Source: an uncultured Bacteroidales bacterium (lineage in GTDB: Bacteria; Bacteroidota; Bacteroidia; Bacteroidales; CAIXZF01). From it: a stretch of DNA of 64,000 nt. The stretch covers positions 12,935-76,934 of the forward strand of contig CAZSQJ010000008.1 of the NCBI GenBank assembly GCA_964608665.1. The letters are read 5' to 3'. Below the pieces are notes generated by a model. It did not search any database. It was not told the origin of the DNA and saw nothing but the letters and a program-made list of their open reading frames with translations. Positions 44,533 through 52,745 of the stretch are shown here, in pieces; the first letter of the stretch is position 1; each line of letters begins with the position of its first letter. A program made the position numbers and the translations under genes.

Positions 44533-46401
44533 ATGAAAAACATTCTTTTTACTGCTTTGCTGACCCTTGGAGTCGGCTTGCTTCAGGCCCAGGAAAGGCT
44601 GGTGCTCTTTGAAGAGTTCACCAATGCCTCCTGCGGGCCCTGTGCCGCCACCAATCCCGCTTTGAACGAGTTTCTCGACGACAATGTGGCCAAGGTGGTA
44701 TCCGTCAAATACCAAACAAATTGGCCGGGAACAGATCCCATGAACGCACACAATCCGGCACAGGCAGCAACCAGGGTTACCTATTACGGCATTACAGGTG
44801 TTCCTGACGGCGTACAGGACGGGCTCTGGAACGATCACCCCGCGAATTACACCCAGACGATCCTCAACAACCGTCAGGCGATTCCTTCTCCCTTCTCGGT
44901 CAAAGTGCAGCATCAGTTGTCGTCAGGCAACGACACGCTTCACTGTCAGGCCACGATCAAAAGCGTGTCACCCCTGTCGGTGACCGGCACCCTGGTTGCC
45001 CATACCGTCATTGTGGAACGGAACATTTACTTCGCTTCTGCACCTGGCTCGAACGGAGAAAAGCATTTTGAAAGCGTAATGAAGAAAATGCTTCCGACCG
45101 ACCAGGGAACCACACTCCCCACAAGCTGGAGTACCGGTGATTCCATTGTGCTGAGTTTCTCCTGGCCTCTGGCCAATGTTTACAATCCGCTGCAATTGTC
45201 GGTGGTGGTATTCATCCAGGGCAACAGTACCAAGGAAGTTTACCAGGCCGGTTTCAGCTACCCGCTTCTGTCGGCCGATGCAGGCATGGTGGCGATTACA
45301 GGCAACACCATGAGTTGTACTTCCACGGTGTCCCCCACCGTAATGATGCGGAACTTCTCCGCTGACTCCCTGAACACAGCCACCATAGGCTATGTGATCA
45401 CGGGTGGAACACTGCAGACATACACATGGAACGGCAGCCTCGGCTATTATCACAAAGCAGCCGTGACCCTTCCCGCAATCAGCCTTCCGAACCCCGGCTC
45501 ATACATACTGAAAGTGTTTGCCAGCCTTCCAAACGGAAATCCTGACCAGGTTCCCCAGAACGATACGGTGTATGCAACGCTAACCTATCTGAATGCACCA
45601 GCAGCAGCTCCAATAAGCCAGGATTTCGCAATTCCCGACTTTCCGCCTGCGAACTGGTCTCTGGAGAATCCAGGCAATGACTCCTATAAGTGGAGAAGGG
45701 CAAGTGCCAGTCACAGCGGCGGATCCGGCAGTGCGGTAATCGACTTCTACAACATCACCGCCGGGAAAGAGGACTACCTGAATACCCCGCGCATTGACCT
45801 GAGCGCCGTAACAGGAAATGCGATCATTGAATTCTACCTGGCCCACAAACGTTACAGTGCATCTTACTCAGACCGCCTACAGGTTCAGGTTTCCACCGAT
45901 TGCGGTGCGACCTGGGGCACGGTTTGGGATAAACAGGGGGCCACCCTTGCAACGGCCACGGGTTATGTTACCTCAGCCTATGTCCCTGCTGCTTCCGACT
46001 GGCGTCAGGAACAGGCCGACCTTACCGCTTATGTGGGTAATTCCGACATCCTTGTCAGGTTTAAGGCCATCAGCGGCTATGGCAACAACCTCTATGTGGA
46101 TGATGTGAATATCATGGCCGGTACCGTAGGTATCATTCAGGTCATGCAACAGGCACAACTGAAACTGTATCCGAACCCATCAAACGGAATGTTTAATCTT
46201 TTACTGCCAACCGCAACGCAGGAAGACCTGAACATCACCGCCTGCGACCTGCTCGGCAACATCGTATTCAGTAGTCAGGCCCAATACAGGACGAATGAGG
46301 CCATCAGCCTCGACCTGAACCATCTGCCTTCCGGAACCTATACCCTGTTTTTACAGGCTTCATCCGTTTCGGTGCAGGAAAAAGTGGTACTGATCCGCTA
46401 G
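44533..46401 (+). CDS. Secreted T9SS cargo with an Omp28-like/thioredoxin-fold-like domain (CGPC motif) plus a choice-of-anchor-J/MAM-like domain
   Basis: Signal peptide MKNILFTALLTLGVGLLQAQ (ATG at 44533; track start at 44515). VLFEEFTNASCGPCA (CGPC codons at 44632-44643). FPPANWSLEN...YLNTPRIDLS...LYVDDVNI. CTD LYPNPSNGMFNLLL...GTYTLFL. Confidence 0.7.
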   Translation: MKNILFTALLTLGVGLLQAQERLVLFEEFTNASCGPCAATNPALNEFLDDNVAKVVSVKYQTNWPGTDPMNAHNPAQAATRVTYYGITGVPDGVQDGLWNDHPANYTQTILNNRQAIPSPFSVKVQHQLSSGNDTLHCQATIKSVSPLSVTGTLVAHTVIVERNIYFASAPGSNGEKHFESVMKKMLPTDQGTTLPTSWSTGDSIVLSFSWPLANVYNPLQLSVVVFIQGNSTKEVYQAGFSYPLLSADAGMVAITGNTMSCTSTVSPTVMMRNFSADSLNTATIGYVITGGTLQTYTWNGSLGYYHKAAVTLPAISLPNPGSYILKVFASLPNGNPDQVPQNDTVYATLTYLNAPAAAPISQDFAIPDFPPANWSLENPGNDSYKWRRASASHSGGSGSAVIDFYNITAGKEDYLNTPRIDLSAVTGNAIIEFYLAHKRYSASYSDRLQVQVSTDCGATWGTVWDKQGATLATATGYVTSAYVPAASDWRQEQADLTAYVGNSDILVRFKAISGYGNNLYVDDVNIMAGTVGIIQVMQQAQLKLYPNPSNGMFNLLLPTATQEDLNITACDLLGNIVFSSQAQYRTNEAISLDLNHLPSGTYTLFLQASSVSVQEKVVLIR

Positions 46402-46422
46402 ACGAGTTTTCTCACTTTTCAA

Positions 46423-46458
46423 AAGAGGGCGTTCCTTAACCGGTTCGCCCTCTTTTTT
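46423..46458 (+). terminator. Rho-independent terminator
   Basis: Stem AAGAGGGCG / CGCCCTCTT with a 14-nt loop, followed by TTTTAT, 22 nt after the stop at 46401. Confidence 0.7.
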
Positions 46459-46510
46459 ATGGATTTTCATGCAGGCGTGCATCTTCATGGTGTAACCAAA
46501 GCCAGAAGCC

Positions 46511-47290
46511 ATGAAAACAACAGCATTCATCCGTGAGAATCTCGACGAAATCGTTTTCACGGGCAGAAACACCGCTTACGGAGCTTACGAAATCCGTAAA
46601 AAGTACGCAAAGACCCTGAATGAAGGTACCATGATCGCAGTGCTGATTCTGCTTGTCGGCACATCCATTCCACTGATCGCCAACTACTACCGCAATCAGT
46701 CGCATTACACCCCATCCACCGAAATCAGCGTGGAGATCACCGCCATGAAACCTCCGCCCGCGACTCCCCTTCCTCCTGTTCCTCCCGATTTGGTCAAAAC
46801 CGAAAGGATGACACGTTTCCTGAAACCCATCATCACCATCGACACCTCAGAGACGACAGAACTGATGGCTCAAACGGAACTGAATACGATGAATTTCAAC
46901 CAGCCAATCGACACCACTCCTCCGGATTTCACCACGACCGAACCGGATAGGGTGATCCAGGAAACGACGCGAACGGAACCTTTCACCGTGGTGCAGGAGA
47001 TGCCTGAATTCCCGGGGGGAAATGAGGCCATGCACCTTTTTCTGAAGAAGCACCTGGTTTATCCGCCACTGGCACGCACCAACGACATTTACGGAACGGT
47101 ATATGTGGCTTTTACCGTCAGTGAAACCGGCCTGGTGAGCGACCTTGAAGTTAAGAAAGGTGTGGGATACGGCTGCGACGAGGAAGCCATGAGGGTGATC
47201 AGCATGATGAAATGGAAGCCGGGAAGGCAGGCCGGGAAAGCAGTGCCTGTAAGGTTTACCATCCCAATCCGCTTCGTGTTGCAGGGTTAA
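46511..47290 (+). CDS. TonB-family energy transducer
   Basis: N-terminal TM anchor, Pro-rich spacer PPPATPLPPVPPD, and a C-terminal TonB domain (PEFPGGNEAMHLFLKKHLVYPPLA...GTVYVAFTV...KPGRQAGKAVPVRFTIPIRF). Confidence 0.85.
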   Translation: MKTTAFIRENLDEIVFTGRNTAYGAYEIRKKYAKTLNEGTMIAVLILLVGTSIPLIANYYRNQSHYTPSTEISVEITAMKPPPATPLPPVPPDLVKTERMTRFLKPIITIDTSETTELMAQTELNTMNFNQPIDTTPPDFTTTEPDRVIQETTRTEPFTVVQEMPEFPGGNEAMHLFLKKHLVYPPLARTNDIYGTVYVAFTVSETGLVSDLEVKKGVGYGCDEEAMRVISMMKWKPGRQAGKAVPVRFTIPIRFVLQG

Positions 47291-47331
47291 ACCATCCGGC
47301 AAACCGGATGACGAAAGAATGAAATGCAGGC

Positions 47332-48360
47332 CTATCTGGATTCGAAACGGTACGCGGCAGCGGATATCCGGGCAATCAGAGCGGCCTGCATTTCCAGATC
47401 ATGACCCCGGGTCATGACGACCAACAGATAGGGATTTCCATCCTGGTATACGATTCCGGCTTCCGAAAGCAAACGGATATCCCCCTCGGCCTGCTCCCCG
47501 AATTTGTGTGCGACGGTAACACCGGCAGGCAGGTCTCTGGTAATCCCTTTATTAAATGAACATTGTGTCAGGAGGTCGAGCGCCGCATCGGAGGAAGCAT
47601 CGTTCAAATACCTGGCATCGTAAAGAACCCTGAAAAACCTTGAATAATCTTCTGCTGTCAGGGCATAATTCATGTCCTCAAGCTGTGGCCGCGACAGTCC
47701 CATATCCGCAAACACCTGCCTGAACAGTCCGGCATCCATGTTCTGCCCCAGCAGGTATGCGGCATAATTATCCGAATCCCTGATCATAAAAAGTAACAGT
47801 TCGCTGACTTTGTAGGATTTGCCGCTCCTGACAGCACTCCCCTCATATGTTTGTCCGGGTATACTGCCGGAAGGACTGCCGAAATAAATCTCCCGCGACA
47901 GCATTCCCGGTGACTCTTCTGCCATTTTCAGCCAGGTTATCATGATAGGTACTTTCAGCAGGCTTCCGGCCCGGTATGCTCCTTTGTCGCCTGCTTGTGT
48001 CCACTGACCATTCCCAAACTGCAGGTAAAACACCGCGGCGCTTAACAAACCGCCGCTCTGCACAGCCTGGTCGATCATCAGCTGAAAATCTGCTTTCAAA
48101 GGATTCAACAGCATGGAATGATGTCCCATATAGGCAAAACGCAGGGGAACCACCAGACCGGAGCCCTTACCGCTGAATTCGACATAGGATTCAGCGGAAT
48201 CTTCCGCTTCTCTGTCAAGGTTTTTCAGGGGTCCGGAGGCACGAAACACACTACGGTACTGCCAGAAAAGTACAAGTATCAGTATAAGGTTAAAGCCCAG
48301 AAAATAGACCAGAGGAATTGATTTCCTGGTTTTTGGAGAAGAATTTCTGACTGCGCTCAT
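47332..48360 (-). CDS. Membrane-anchored serine hydrolase of the class-A beta-lactamase / PBP-like family
   Basis: N-terminal TM helix. S-x-x-K (SLLK), SDN (RDSDNYAA), and a K-[TF]-G-like HKFGE. Confidence 0.65.
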   Translation of the reverse strand: MSAVRNSSPKTRKSIPLVYFLGFNLILILVLFWQYRSVFRASGPLKNLDREAEDSAESYVEFSGKGSGLVVPLRFAYMGHHSMLLNPLKADFQLMIDQAVQSGGLLSAAVFYLQFGNGQWTQAGDKGAYRAGSLLKVPIMITWLKMAEESPGMLSREIYFGSPSGSIPGQTYEGSAVRSGKSYKVSELLLFMIRDSDNYAAYLLGQNMDAGLFRQVFADMGLSRPQLEDMNYALTAEDYSRFFRVLYDARYLNDASSDAALDLLTQCSFNKGITRDLPAGVTVAHKFGEQAEGDIRLLSEAGIVYQDGNPYLLVVMTRGHDLEMQAALIARISAAAYRFESR

Positions 48361-48514
48361 CGGGTAAGCAAACGGGTAAGCGATGTGTGACCATGCAAAA
48401 TTTTCAGCCCTGCATGATTAGTACAATAATCGCTGAATAGTTGCCCGGCCTGCGCAATATTTTTCCCCGGAAAATCGTATTTTGCAGCACCGAATTCCAA
48501 CAAAATCCATCACC

Positions 48515-51304
48515 ATGAAAACCGGCTTCCTGAGAAACAAAGCCATCAAGATCGCGGGGATCATCCTCGGCCTGCTGATCATCCTGATGATAGCCCTGCC
48601 GTTTGTATTTAAGAACAAACTGGTGGGGATGCTGAAACAAAGCATCAACGAAAACCTTACGGCGGTGGTCGATTTCAGGGATGTTCACCTGAGCCTTTTC
48701 CGGTCCTTCCCGGATTTTTCCCTTGAACTGGAAAAGATGAGTGTGACAGGAACGGGCGAATTTGACAAAGACACCCTGTTCCATACCGAAAGCATTGACC
48801 TCACCCTGGATCTTTTCAGCGTGCTTTTCGGCTCCCAGGTTAAAATCAGTAAGATCGGACTAGTGAATCCAGGGGTGAAACTCATTGTGCTGGAAGGAGG
48901 CAAGGCCAACTGGGACATCGTGAAAACAACAGCAGACACAGCTACAGCAGTGGCAGAAGAACCGGGTGGTTTCAAACTTTCAATCGACAGGTTCAGGATC
49001 AGACAGGGTGTGTTGGAATATGACGACAGGTCGACTGCGATGAAAATCAGACTGCAAGGCATGGATATGACACTGAAGGCTGACCTTGACGGTGATCTCA
49101 CCCATATGTGGATCACCGCTGCCATTAACGAAACCGGGTTCAGCTATGCAGGTATCCCCTATCTGAGCAGGGTTCAAACCAGGATCAAATCGGAGATGGA
49201 AGCCAACCTGGAAACATTCCGCTTCGATTTTAAGGACAATGAAATAGCCCTCAATGAGCTGGTTTTCGGGCTTGACGGCTGGTTTGCAATGCCCGGGGAC
49301 GATATGGAAATGGACCTGGCTTTTTCCGCAAGGAAGGCAGCCTTCAGGGAATTCCTCTCCCTGGTACCTGCCATATACAGCAAGGACTTTGCCTCAGTTG
49401 AAACGAGCGGTACCCTTGCTTTTGAAGGTACAGTCAAAGGTACATACAACGACCTGAGCATTCCGGCGTTCAACATCCGGCTTCAGGCCGGGGATGCCAT
49501 GTTCCGTTACCCCGGCCTGCCTGCAGCCGTGACTGAAATCGGCATGGATGTCAGTCTTTCAAATCCCGATGGTGATCCTGACCACACCGTGATCGACATC
49601 AGGAAGTTTCACGCTGCCATGGCGGGCAACCCGGTGGATGTGTCAATGCTGATAAGCAGACCGGTATCAGATCCGACAATCAGGGGAAGCATCAAAGCCC
49701 GGGTAAACCTTGCCGATGTTGGCAAGGTCTATCCCTTGTCTGCAGAAGATCAGCTTAACGGGATCATCAACGCCGACATCCGCCTGAACGGCAGCCTTTC
49801 GGCAATCGAACAAAAACGGTACGAATCCTTTCAGGCAGATGGTAAGCTGACGGTCAGCGGTATGCAGTACAAAGGACCGGATTTCCCGCAGGGAATGCAG
49901 TTGAAGACCCTTCGCCTGCTCTTTTCACCACAATATGTGGATATGCCGGAAGCCGATCTGACATTCGGCCGGTCTGATCTGAAGGCCAGCGGAAGGCTGG
50001 ACAATATCCTGGCCTATGTACTGAAAGGTGAGCAACTGCAGGGAAGCTTCGAGAGCCGTTCGGGCCTGATCGATCTCAATGAATTCACCGAAGGGGGGAC
50101 TAGGCAGGAAGCAGCGGACACTGCTGCCATGACGGTAATCAGAGTCCCGGACAACATTCGCTTCAATGGCCGGGTTTCGGTTGACCGCCTGCTGTATGAC
50201 AACATGGAAATGCGATCGGTTGCGGGCAGTCTCAGTATCGCCGATGCAAAGCTGAGCCTCGACCGTATGAGCATGCAATTGCTTGGCGGAACGATGGCCA
50301 TGTCGGGGAATTACGATTCAAAACCAGTGCAACCGGAAATGAATTTCAGCCTCGATGCCTCCGGGATTGACATCCCCAGAGCATACAAGACATTTGGCAC
50401 TGTTCAGAAACTGGCTCCCGTGGCAGAAAGGTGTTCCGGAAAAGTCAGCATGAAAATGGATCTTCGCGGAAGTCTGGACAATCAGATGGCTCCCGTGTAC
50501 GAAAAGCTTTTTGCAAAGGGCAGCCTTTTTACCGAAAGTCTGGCGATCAGCAACCTGCCCATAAGCGATAAAATAGCGGAAACACTGAAAATCAATGCCC
50601 TCAGACGGATGTCAGTCCCGAATACCAGGATGGAACTCACCATCAAAGAGGGCAAACTCGAAGTACAGCCGTTCACGTACACGGTACATGGCATTAAAAC
50701 CACCGCAGGAGGCTGGAATGCACTCGATCAGCGCATCGCCTACGACATCGTAATGGAGATTCCCCGTTCCATGTTCGGCGGACAGGCCAACACAGCATTG
50801 GACGGTCTGGTGAAAAAGGCCGGCAATCAAGGATTGAAGATCGATCCGGGAAGTACTGTTGTGGTGGCTGCAAAGATCGGCGGCACTTTCCTGAAGCCTG
50901 AGATCAGTGCCGACCTGAAAAAAAGCATGCAGTCCGCCATGGAAGATATCAAAGACCAGATCAGCACGCAGGTTCAGGAAAAAGTGAAGGAAGAGATACA
51001 GGAAGTGAAAGAAGACCTGAGTGCAAAAGCAGCGAAAATAATTGCAGATGCTGAGTCTCAGGCTCAAAAGATCCGCGACGAAGCCATGAAAGCCGGAGAA
51101 GCGCTGATCAGTGAAGCCGAAAAGCAGGGCCAGTTGCTGGTAAACAAGGCCGGTAATCCCATAGCCAAAGCCGCAGCCAAAGAAACCTCCAGACAAATGG
51201 TGAAAACCGCAAGGGAAAAAGCGGCGAAACTCAATCAGGAAGCCGGTGCCAAAGCTGTCAGGATAGTGGAAGATGCGCGGAAAGAGGCAGAAAAAATAAA
51301 ATAG
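48515..51304 (+). CDS. AsmA-family outer-membrane biogenesis protein with a Lys/Ala/Glu-rich C-terminal tail
   Basis: N-terminal anchor IAGIILGLLIILMIALPFVF, then a long beta-rich body typical of AsmA/TamB-like proteins. I chose the ATG at 48515, internal to the track ORF. Confidence 0.7.
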   Translation: MKTGFLRNKAIKIAGIILGLLIILMIALPFVFKNKLVGMLKQSINENLTAVVDFRDVHLSLFRSFPDFSLELEKMSVTGTGEFDKDTLFHTESIDLTLDLFSVLFGSQVKISKIGLVNPGVKLIVLEGGKANWDIVKTTADTATAVAEEPGGFKLSIDRFRIRQGVLEYDDRSTAMKIRLQGMDMTLKADLDGDLTHMWITAAINETGFSYAGIPYLSRVQTRIKSEMEANLETFRFDFKDNEIALNELVFGLDGWFAMPGDDMEMDLAFSARKAAFREFLSLVPAIYSKDFASVETSGTLAFEGTVKGTYNDLSIPAFNIRLQAGDAMFRYPGLPAAVTEIGMDVSLSNPDGDPDHTVIDIRKFHAAMAGNPVDVSMLISRPVSDPTIRGSIKARVNLADVGKVYPLSAEDQLNGIINADIRLNGSLSAIEQKRYESFQADGKLTVSGMQYKGPDFPQGMQLKTLRLLFSPQYVDMPEADLTFGRSDLKASGRLDNILAYVLKGEQLQGSFESRSGLIDLNEFTEGGTRQEAADTAAMTVIRVPDNIRFNGRVSVDRLLYDNMEMRSVAGSLSIADAKLSLDRMSMQLLGGTMAMSGNYDSKPVQPEMNFSLDASGIDIPRAYKTFGTVQKLAPVAERCSGKVSMKMDLRGSLDNQMAPVYEKLFAKGSLFTESLAISNLPISDKIAETLKINALRRMSVPNTRMELTIKEGKLEVQPFTYTVHGIKTTAGGWNALDQRIAYDIVMEIPRSMFGGQANTALDGLVKKAGNQGLKIDPGSTVVVAAKIGGTFLKPEISADLKKSMQSAMEDIKDQISTQVQEKVKEEIQEVKEDLSAKAAKIIADAESQAQKIRDEAMKAGEALISEAEKQGQLLVNKAGNPIAKAAAKETSRQMVKTAREKAAKLNQEAGAKAVRIVEDARKEAEKIK

Positions 51305-51529
51305 ACAACTGCTTCAGCAATCCTGCAACCTTATATTTGGCTGCTTTTCAGACACAAAGCTGCCAACGAGTTATTCCGCAAACGGCCGGGTAGATTTTTT
51401 TCACAAACCCGTTGGGTGCCGTTATAATTAAGAATCATTACAAATAATCAGTCCCGGACAACGTTCCCTGATTCCGGCAGTCATATTGGATTGTTTAACA
51501 ACTATTCACTTTTGACAAAAACGGATCAC

Positions 51530-52729
51530 ATGAGAACAATGGTCAGACTGGTCTTGATTTCATTCATCATTATCAGTTATTCCCAGGCAGGGAAATCCCA
51601 GTCCGGTGATAACCTCATCCGGGGCTACGTAAAATATGACAATACTGAAGCAAGTATCCTGCAGCAGGTGAAGGTATACCTGACCGACCTGGGCGGGAAC
51701 AAGCTGGATTCGACGACGACTAACCTGGGAGGGTACTTCGTTTTTTACGGAGTATCGCTTGGCAGTTTCAGGCTGATAACCGAAGCTGAAAAACCCTGGG
51801 GTGGGGTGAGTACGAACGATGCTTTACTGGCATTCAGGCATTTTGTAGAGATGGACACCCTGGAAGGCATGTCTTTTCTGGCGGCGGATGCAGATGGCAA
51901 CCATTACGTGAATGCCACGGATGCCATGGCCATTCTGGCCAGAGTGACAGGTGTAAGGAATTCCCTGCCGGCAGGTGACTGGTGTTTTGAGCAACCCATT
52001 GTGAATACGGGGGTTGCACCGGCCATGGTGTTTATCCGCGGCCGTTGCAGGGGCGACATCGACGGCAGTCACAGCCCGGTGATCATACCGGGATTCAATT
52101 GCGGAACAACGCTTGTCGACAGCCGCAACAGCGAAATATATCCCACGGTACAGATCGGAAGCCAGTGCTGGACGGCGAAAAGCATGAATATCGGAACCCA
52201 GATCCAGGGGAATCAGGCAGCCTCGAACAACCAGGTCATTGAAAAATACTGTTACAACAACATCCCGGAAAATTGCAGGAATTACGGGGGTCTTTACGAC
52301 TGGAATGAGATGATGCAGTATGCTCCGAATGAGGGAGCACAGGGAATTTGTCCGGCCGGCTGGCACGTACCGACAGACAATGAATGGTGTACCATGCTGA
52401 ATGCTCTGGAACCAGGGATTTCATGCACCCAGACCGGGCTGCTGGGTATGAAAGTGGGGGGGAAGCTGAAGGAAGCCGGTTATGAACACTGGAATTCTCC
52501 CAATACCGATGCCACGAATGAGGTTGGTTTTGCGGTTCTCGGTGCCGGAATGGGATACAACAACAATTTCTTCACAGCGATCCTCAATACGGGGGCTGTC
52601 TGGACTTCCACCCAGCACACTTACCAGAGCAATGCATGGTACCGTTCGTTCAGCGCCAACCACGGGCAGGTGATGCGCAACGGCTCATCGAAATCGAACA
52701 GGATCTCCGTCAGGTGTATCCTGGATTAG
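51530..52729 (+). CDS. Secreted protein with an N-terminal beta-sandwich plus dockerin-like module and a C-terminal Fibrobacter succinogenes major paralogous (FISUMP) domain
   Basis: Signal peptide. KPWGGVSTNDALLAFRHF...AADADGNHYVNATDAMAILARV...PAGDW...GDIDGS. FISUMP pattern YPTVQIGSQCWTAKSMNI...YGGLYDWNEMM...CPAGWHVPTDNEW...GGKLK...VWTST...ISVRCILD. Confidence 0.8.
   Translation: MRTMVRLVLISFIIISYSQAGKSQSGDNLIRGYVKYDNTEASILQQVKVYLTDLGGNKLDSTTTNLGGYFVFYGVSLGSFRLITEAEKPWGGVSTNDALLAFRHFVEMDTLEGMSFLAADADGNHYVNATDAMAILARVTGVRNSLPAGDWCFEQPIVNTGVAPAMVFIRGRCRGDIDGSHSPVIIPGFNCGTTLVDSRNSEIYPTVQIGSQCWTAKSMNIGTQIQGNQAASNNQVIEKYCYNNIPENCRNYGGLYDWNEMMQYAPNEGAQGICPAGWHVPTDNEWCTMLNALEPGISCTQTGLLGMKVGGKLKEAGYEHWNSPNTDATNEVGFAVLGAGMGYNNNFFTAILNTGAVWTSTQHTYQSNAWYRSFSANHGQVMRNGSSKSNRISVRCILD
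51611..52075 (+). other. Beta-sandwich plus dockerin-like module (copy 4 of 4; here N-terminal)
   Basis: Aligns by eye with the three other modules. Confidence 0.6.
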
Positions 52730-52745
52730 ACCAACGGGGGTAAAT

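Noticed and set aside
50880-51304. Lys/Ala/Glu-rich C-terminal tail of the AsmA-like protein (…AKAAKIIADAESQAQKIRDEAMKAGE…EDARKEAEKIK) as a possible separate gene or fusion
   Set aside because: It is in frame and continuous with the AsmA-like body. The low-complexity amphipathic helix or coiled coil resembles ATP-synthase-b-like tails only compositionally, and there is no evidence of a separate function.
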